This document shows, in pieces, positions 45,225-52,093 of a stretch of DNA of 52,093 nucleotides. Both the position numbers and the translations under genes were made by a program. Each line of letters starts with the position of its first letter. Position 1 is the first letter of the stretch. This DNA comes from Mitosporidium daphniae. Taxonomy: Eukaryota. The DNA lies in contig NW_013546600.1 in assembly GCF_000760515.2 (NCBI RefSeq), forward strand, positions 1 to 52,093, given 5' to 3'. The notes below the pieces were generated by a model, which made no database searches, was not told where the DNA came from, and saw nothing but the letters and a program-made list of their open reading frames with translations.

Positions 45225-47589
45225 TCACTTGTAGTTCCAAATGGACATCCTACAGTCTCCAGAACCCACAAGGAGTAATGGCAGCTTTGGATGGCTATCG
45301 ATGCAAAGTACTAAAGTAATTAATTTTCCGTTAAATTGGCATACCTGAATTCTTATACGAGGCTATTTTACAAAGAAGCGTGTAGGAAAAGGCGCACCAA
45401 ATTATGATCGAAGTGTCTTTTGACGAAGAGATGATGTATCGAGAATCGCTCGAAAAAGTTACAGAAAGGACATAATCCTAATATGAGAAACGGTTGACAC
45501 AAACCTGGTGGCCCTCTAGGATGGAAAGGCAGGAAGAGAGAATTAACTGGTCGTTTTCATCGCAAGAGATGAGCCAGATTCTGATTGTTTTATCCAATGA
45601 GGCGGAAGCAAGTTTTTTTCCATCCGAAGAAAGGCTTAGGTGATAAATAGACGCAGAATGGCCAGACGAGTGTATCGAGACCGTTCCAAGCTCAACATTT
45701 ATCACATAAAGAGACGAACCAAGGGAGGTTACAAAAATGAATTTGCCATCTTTTGACCAGCAGACAAAGGAAATTATACAATCCTTGCTATACTCGCTAT
45801 CTGACTCGCGCAAAATCGAAATTTCCTTCAATAAAATGTGCTTACGCTCTTCAACATGGACGTCCCATATTGCGACATGGGAATCTCCACTTACCGAGGC
45901 TAGTTGTTCTCCAGATGGAGAGTACTTTATACAATAGATGTCTTGAGGATGATGCGTGATTACTTGAAGCGGGACATTGGAGTCGAATTGAAGGATATAA
46001 ATGACCTTATTTTCAGAGCCCGCGGCAAGGAAGGATCCGCTTGGATGAAAGTCAATGGTACGGATGAAAGACCCAACGGTGGACGGTGTAGAGGCTTCTA
46101 GGCCACACGAGAATTCCCTGGTACGCGGTTAGAAAATCATCAAGGCCTACTTTAAAAGAGACATTGATTCTGCCTCAAAGAGCTGCACAATGCCAAAAGA
46201 CCCAAAGGCAAAATACTTTCCAGAATTGGCCCATCTGACGGAGGAAATAAGATCTTTATGTTGCTGGTCAAATGTCAGTGCTGGAGTAATTCTGGGTATT
46301 TTTGACGGGTTATCTTCGGGCCACACCCATAAGCCCCAGTCAGGAAGATTCTGTGCAGGGGCGGGACATTCAATATATTCTAACGCGAACGATTCTAACC
46401 CATAAGCGTGATATGTAAACATACTTTGGGTTGGCATTGAAAAAGAAAGCCTTGCGCGTTTTTCTGGTGATAAAGCCGATTCAGGCTTCAAAAAAGCCTG
46501 TTTCGATCGACAATCGACTTTTGGAAGCGGTGTGTAGAGAATGGGGCAAGCATTTTTTCGAGTCGGGACCGAGGTGGATGAGGAGGCCAACCCAAATGGC
46601 ATCTTATTTGTAGATGCTGAATTGGAGGGCGGGCTAGGATTTGCCGTACAATTGCCTTCACTGGAAACATCATTTGAAGCAGATCCTTTGGTGAGGACAG
46701 ATGAAAAGTTTTTGAAAAACGTTTCCACCAACGTGCTGGTTTTAAAAGTGAAAGGATGGCCTAGTTGTATCAGTTCTTTTTTGCATCTGGCAATGTCTTC
46801 TTCAAAACTACACACGTAAGCAAAGATTCAAACCCTTTGTGAAGCTTAAATAGCAAAAGCTCCATTTCAGCAATAATCTTTTGCATGGACGCCATTTCGC
46901 TGGTCGAATTTTGTGCTAAATATAAATAAGCGAAACACCGGCATACCCATCTCCTCGTGCTGTTTACGGAAAAGAGAATTCTCTTTCAAAAGAAAATCAA
47001 ATTCAGATTGAATAGCTGCAAACAGCCCATCGAGACGACCTCGCAGATAAAATTACGCTATCATACCTTTGCATGGCCCGATGGCTCCAGACATTCCAAT
47101 AGGCCCTCCAGGTGGATATTTTTGGGGCATTCTCGCAGAATAAAACGACGGTGATTGATGGTATTGCAGATGATGGTTATGGGCATGTTGATTTAGGTAG
47201 GCATATGAAGCTGGTTGATGATTGTTTAGATATTGCGAGGGACTTGTACCATTTCCATGGTGCTTCAAAAGCCCTATAGAAGATCCCGAAGAAGCAGGCA
47301 TTGAATTCGATAAATGGGAAAATGTTGGGACATTTGCTGAATTTCCAGTTAAAATGGACGAGATTCCATCAGGCGTGCCTGTGTTTGGACGCACGGTGCT
47401 TGTGTTGTTCCGGTTACTGCTAATGTTATTGTCGTGAGAGGCAGTGGTTTCGCAGTACAAAGCATCCGACGACTGGAACGTGAAAGGTTTTGAGGATTCT
47501 GGATAATAAGTTAAAGGATTTGCTGAATGCTCACACCCCTCTTCATCATTGGGAGGTACATGTGCTTTTGAGTCAAATCTATGGATCAT
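45225..47589 (-). CDS. TUP1: Tup1-like transcriptional corepressor (Tup_N coiled coil + WD40)
   Basis: Splicing ORF 47053-47649 to downstream exons gives RLDGLFAAIQSEFD...EMASMQKIIAEMELLLFKLHKGFEEDIARCKKEL (Tup_N). The WD40 region has GHSASIYHL...ASASLDKTIRIW, GHQDYVLSV...SSSKDTSIIIW and a final VGSGDCRMSIWNYK. Confidence 0.8.
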
Positions 47590-47683
47590 CAATAATAATT
47601 TTGAGTAATAAAACAGGTGATACTTTGTAACCCAAGCGATTAGTTGCAAATTATGCTAAATTTGAATTACATATTTACGCTTT

Positions 47684-48997
47684 TTAGTAATTTTTTGTGC
47701 CAAATTTCGGGGCAAATTTGAGAGCAAATTGGAGGGCAACTTGGATGTCCTCAAAAAGCTCTTGTGCATTTTCTAACCCTACCGAAAAGCGCACAAGAAA
47801 CGGCGAAATGCTTGCCCTGGTTCTCTGTTGCGCGGTCATCTGAGAATGCGACATCAGTGAGGGAACCTGGACCAGGCTCTCAACCCCCCCAAGAGACTCG
47901 GCCAGTGTAAAAATCGCCATGTTGGAAATAAAGCCAAATAATTGCGGTTTCGAGAAAAAATTAAATACCACGCTAAACATGGAACCATGCAGGTTCATGT
48001 GGTGTTGTCTCGTGATGAGCTCTTGACGCGCCCCCTTCAAATGTTCGTCGGGATACAGGATTTCTTCAATTCCCTCAACCGCTTCTTGTCTCAGTTTGCA
48101 GGTTATAAATTTGGCCGATTCTGATTGCCTTTTCATGCGCACACACAGGGTCTTCATGCCCCTCAGCACCAAAAAGCAATCTATTGGACTGGGTACGGCG
48201 CCCAACGCATTTTGCATGAATTTAATTTTCTCGTGCATGACCCGACTATTTGTCAATGCGATTCCAAGCAATGCATCACAATGGCCATTCAATGCCTTCG
48301 TTGCGGAATGGACCACCACATCAGCTCCGAGCTTCAAAGGATTCTAAAAGCCAGATGTCTTTGCCCTTCATACCTGAAGATAGGGCGTCATAAAAGTATT
48401 ATCCACCACCAATACGCCATTTACGGTATGGGCAAGCTCTGCAAAAAAGCCAATATCTGCCACTTTTAATCCGGGATTTGATGGAGACTCAATCCATATG
48501 AGGGATGGTGAAAAATTTTCAATTTCCTTTGTATCGATGTGCTTGTCCACATCAATGTACAAAGTGTCAATGTTGAGCTTTTCATTTGCAATTTTTTGCA
48601 AGAATCTGTGCGTTCCGCCGTAAAGATCGGTCCCAGCAACGATCTTATTGTTTGCATTTAAGCTCAAGATGACCGCTAGCAATGCGGCGGATCCGCTGGA
48701 GAATGCAACGCCTATGTGGAAATATATACGAGTATCCCCACCTAGCGTTTCCTCGGAGCCCTCAATTGCAGAAACGCTTTGCTCTAGCAGATTTCGCGTA
48801 GGATTGTCGCTTCGTGAATATTCATATCCACCCTGCCATGTGTTACACAGTTATGTGGTTACCGTTGCCACTCCAGGCTCTTTTTGCTGGAACGTCGTTG
48901 AAAGGTACAACGGAGGCACTATTGCCCCGGTGTCCACATCATGGGCAGTCAAATGAACAATCCTGGTCTCGATGCTTTTCACATTTTCTTTTGACAT
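47684..48997 (-). CDS. CYS3: Cystathionine gamma-lyase family PLP enzyme
   Basis: GAIVPPLYLSTTFQQ, YEYSRSDNPTR, FSSGSAA, DLYGGTHR, IWIESPSNP, VVDNTFMTPY, VVHSATKALNGHCD, LAESLGGVESL. Confidence 0.92.
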
Positions 48998-49105
48998 CAA
49001 AATGTAGCTGATGCGTACATTGCGTGCGCATATGGCCGAGGTATTAAAGTTTGCTTTGTCGGTTTTAAAATTTCCAATTTTCTTCTAAAGATTCTTTATG
49101 TAAAT

Positions 49106-49778
49106 CTAAAGCGAAAGACCGCCCCATTGCCCTCTTATCCGACGAGCGAGTTGGATGTCTTTTTTCATGACGGTGACCCGCTTGGCGTGTATGGCACATA
49201 GGTTGCTACAATTAAAAAGAAATCATACGCATCTTCAAATAAATGAGTTAGAAACGCCTCTGCAGCCTCCTGCAGGGCAAGCAGGGCTTGCCCTTGCCAA
49301 CGGAGCCCAACGCCATCTCTGAACTCGACGGTAACAAAATCGGTCGCTATTTCCCGTACCTAGAATTTACCGACACAAAATACAAGTCTGGCAAACGGAA
49401 GTTTCCTCAATAATAAGTCTGTTGTTTTTTGGTAGTGTCTGATCTCTCGAAGCGCAAAGGTACCTGGCCTGTATCTGCGGCTCTTTCGTACATCATCTGT
49501 AGCTGCGGCCGATGATAGAGATGGGATGCTTTTTGTTGCTGAAATTGGTTGGGATAATATCCTATCATCTAAAAGATTAGTTTGCTCAATAAAATCACAC
49601 CAAACTCGGACCTGTTTGATGGATATTTCCTGGCAACTCTTGAAGGGGGGGTCCCCACAATTGAGGGCGGCTCGTTAGAGGGCGATTTTCTGGTTGGAGT
49701 AAGCGATTTTCGCGACGTCCCTTTCTTTGTAGAACTTGAAGGAACCGCAGTACTTCCTATACCACTCCTTCGAACCAT
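49106..49778 (-). CDS. CSE4: Centromeric histone H3 variant (CENP-A/Cse4)
   Basis: Unique N-tail followed by [108 protein letters not shown]. Shows extended loop 1, the RWQ substitution and a CenH3-type C-terminus; 3 introns (32, 24, 24 nt). Confidence 0.9.
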
Positions 49779-49866
49779 CAGAATAAGCCGGCACTAGATT
49801 CGGATGAACGATGATAAAAATGCTGTAAAATGTACTCCGTATCAATTGTTGCCAATGGCGCCAATT

Positions 49867-50717
49867 TTAAAGTTTATAATCCCGTAATTGTACAAACATC
49901 GACGTTTTCGGCTCATATTGTGGCAGATGATGTCCCAACATGCCCAGCTCTTGAGCAATTTTTCTATTTAGTTACAAAAAATACCCATACGGAGTCAGTA
50001 GATCTGCAACCAGAATATGAAGCCCCTTAAACGATTTGGCAAACAATTTCTGCAATAAGGTAAATATGCACGCACCGGAAGAGTTAGACTGATCAGCGTA
50101 TGCGGCCGAATTAGCCCAGCTCTGTTTGAATTGTCATGATCCACTAACCAACCGGTCGGGACATCAATCGATATCAGAAGTGAGGGGTTTATTTGCACCA
50201 CTTGGTCAATCAGGGTTCCATATGGCTCTTTAATGACGCTTCCTGTTGAGCCAAATCCTTTTGATCAGAGGAAAGCTCGTACCTAAAACAGCATCGATAA
50301 TAAAGCCACAATGCGCTGCTTTTGATAGCGAATCTACAATGCAAATGTTCAGGTGTTCGCATATTTTCAAAAGTGAAGAATTTAGCGATGCGGGCGAAAA
50401 TTGCTTCACAATCACAAGTGTAGGCATATAGCCATACCTGGCCAAGTGTCTAGCAACGACAAGCCCGTCTGCACCGTTATTTCCCGGTCCTAAATATTGA
50501 CGACGAAACGAGTACCAATTAAAATTATGGGCTTCTTATGGATATCCTTTGAGGGAGGATAGTAATGATAAATGGCCTGAGAGATTGACAATCCTGCCAA
50601 TTCTACCAATTGGCCTATAGTGTAGCCAATGTCCAAGAGTCTTTTATCGATCTCCTGAGCTTGTGAGGAAGAAATAAATGTGGGAACGGGGCACGCGTTT
50701 CCAAAGCTAATATCCAT
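49867..50717 (-). CDS. NNR1: NAD(P)H-hydrate epimerase (YjeF_N)
   Basis: AQEIDKRL...GYTIGQLVELAGLSISQAI, GPGNNGADGLVVARHL, IIDAVLG, ISIDVPTGW, PHTLISLTLP. Confidence 0.92.
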
Positions 50718-50949
50718 TCTAAAAATGCTTTAATTGCAAACTGATGACAAATTCCATCTTACAATGCCTTGCTATACGCTAAAATTAATAATTCATTACC
50801 AGAGGTAACCCTCTCCGTTCAACAAACGGATCTGGTTCGGTATGTACTCTACTGACCCAACCCCGAACCCTGGCTTTAAAACACACGTCTAACGCCAACG
50901 CCTGCAACGACACTTGTTGGAATTTGCTTTCCAATAAATTCAGGAAGGC

Positions 50950-52093
50950 ATGTGTCGAAGATTCCTTGGACTATTTGTAGCGTGCAAAAAAGCTGCAGCT
51001 ATGTGAGCAAAAAGCTAGCAAAAAGTCATTTTTTCAGGGCAGTGTCTTCTATGCCCCAAAATACGACTCCTTGCATAACCGTGGCTAAAAACCGTCAAAC
51101 ATTGACAGTGAAATGGCCACAAGAGGATAAGGTGAAACCTCAGCTTCATATGTACTCAAAATTTCAGTGATTAATAAAAGAAATAAGTAAATGCAAATAA
51201 ACAAGGGTCACGGTGAGGCTATCTTGATTTTTATAATAGGACCACTGAACCAGATGCTACTGGCTTGAAAGACCTTTCGATCTTCTAACACGATACCTAT
51301 AATGGGCTAGGTTTAAGCCCTTGCAAGTATTCCAACCAATATTTGATAGATTTTTCTAATGGGGAAACGAGACGAAGATCGAGAAATATCTTTATCGATT
51401 GTACTAAAAGACGATGGCTTGAAGGCCCTCAAAAGAAACCTGACACACGAAAGATTCTATTTGGCACTGAAAGATACCTCAAGCCCTGGAGCTTGGACTC
51501 AAATTTGGGTTTGCATCCGCCGTTTAAAATACGAACGAGCTTCGTATTCAGACTCCACTAATAAACCAAATGTTTATTTAATCGTCACCCGACTAGGGTT
51601 ATCAGTGCAAAGTTTTAAATTAATTTATCTACATCACAGCCAAGTTTTACTATGTTTTATATTTTAATAAGCGGGCTTTTGGAAAGGAACACTTGATATC
51701 AACAATTGATCGAGTGAAAGCTGCAAACCCGGCGTTGGAGGAGCATATCAGGACGTAAACGGAATTAAATTAAATTAAATTCTGAGGTGAGAAAATGCGT
51801 ATTTGGAAGTAATGAGGCAAGAACGTTTTCAAAGAGGCCGTATTGACACAAATTCAAAAGATGATCCAAATGGGTACATTCTCCGCCTCAACCTTTTAAT
51901 TCACCCATGGGTGTCTTTGGAAAGCTGGCATAAATAACAAATTTGCTGTGATCTCGTTTTCAAAGGATTTGGAGAATAACCTGTCGCGCCTTGAATCAAA
52001 CAAGGCAAAGCTGGAAAGAACGCTGAAGAAGAACCGGAAATTTACAGGCTCTTTGGTCTTATGAGCTAGGGCTTAATTAAATCCGATATACCA
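50950..52093 (+). other. Probable fragmented or spliced hypothetical gene or gene remnant; structure unresolved
   Basis: Short ORFs 50952-51170 and 51359-51667 plus downstream open stretches are separated by GT...AG-like segments. I found no recognisable motif and could not build a confident spliced model. Confidence 0.3.

Overview
Eukaryotic, extremely gene-dense window with about 31 protein-coding genes in 52 kb. Intergenic spacers are often only 24-85 bp, and there are dozens of tiny spliceosomal introns (mostly 21-35 nt), which is why the six-frame ORF track breaks most genes into fragments. Compaction, AT-rich 'AAATTT/TTAATT' tracts before ATGs, fungal-type genes (Tup1, MRPL36, Cse4-like CenH3) and retained mitochondrial gene-expression factors (PPR protein, mitoribosomal bL31m, STMP1) suggest an early-diverging fungal parasite of the Rozellomycota / basal Microsporidia grade (Mitosporidium-like). 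This placement is inference only. Most genes are conserved housekeeping genes, identified by manual splicing and motif recognition without database searches. The most interesting items are: (1) a candidate box C/D RNA with a UUCG hairpin between RVB1 and UTP23; (2) a GC-rich three-way-junction element between SMC4 and RVB1; (3) micro-genes missed by the ORF track (STMP1, MZT1, CenH3 core, Sedlin); (4) telomere-like AACCCT/TTAGGG boxes in promoters; (5) a gene-sparse AT-rich island with an intronless 862-aa orphan secreted/membrane protein, bracketed by telomere-like repeats; (6) unusual intron biology (21-nt intron, GC-AG intron, stop-free 3n introns, retained SMU1). No tRNA, rRNA, CRISPR or recognisable transposon was found, and no clearly novel multi-gene system can be established from sequence alone.
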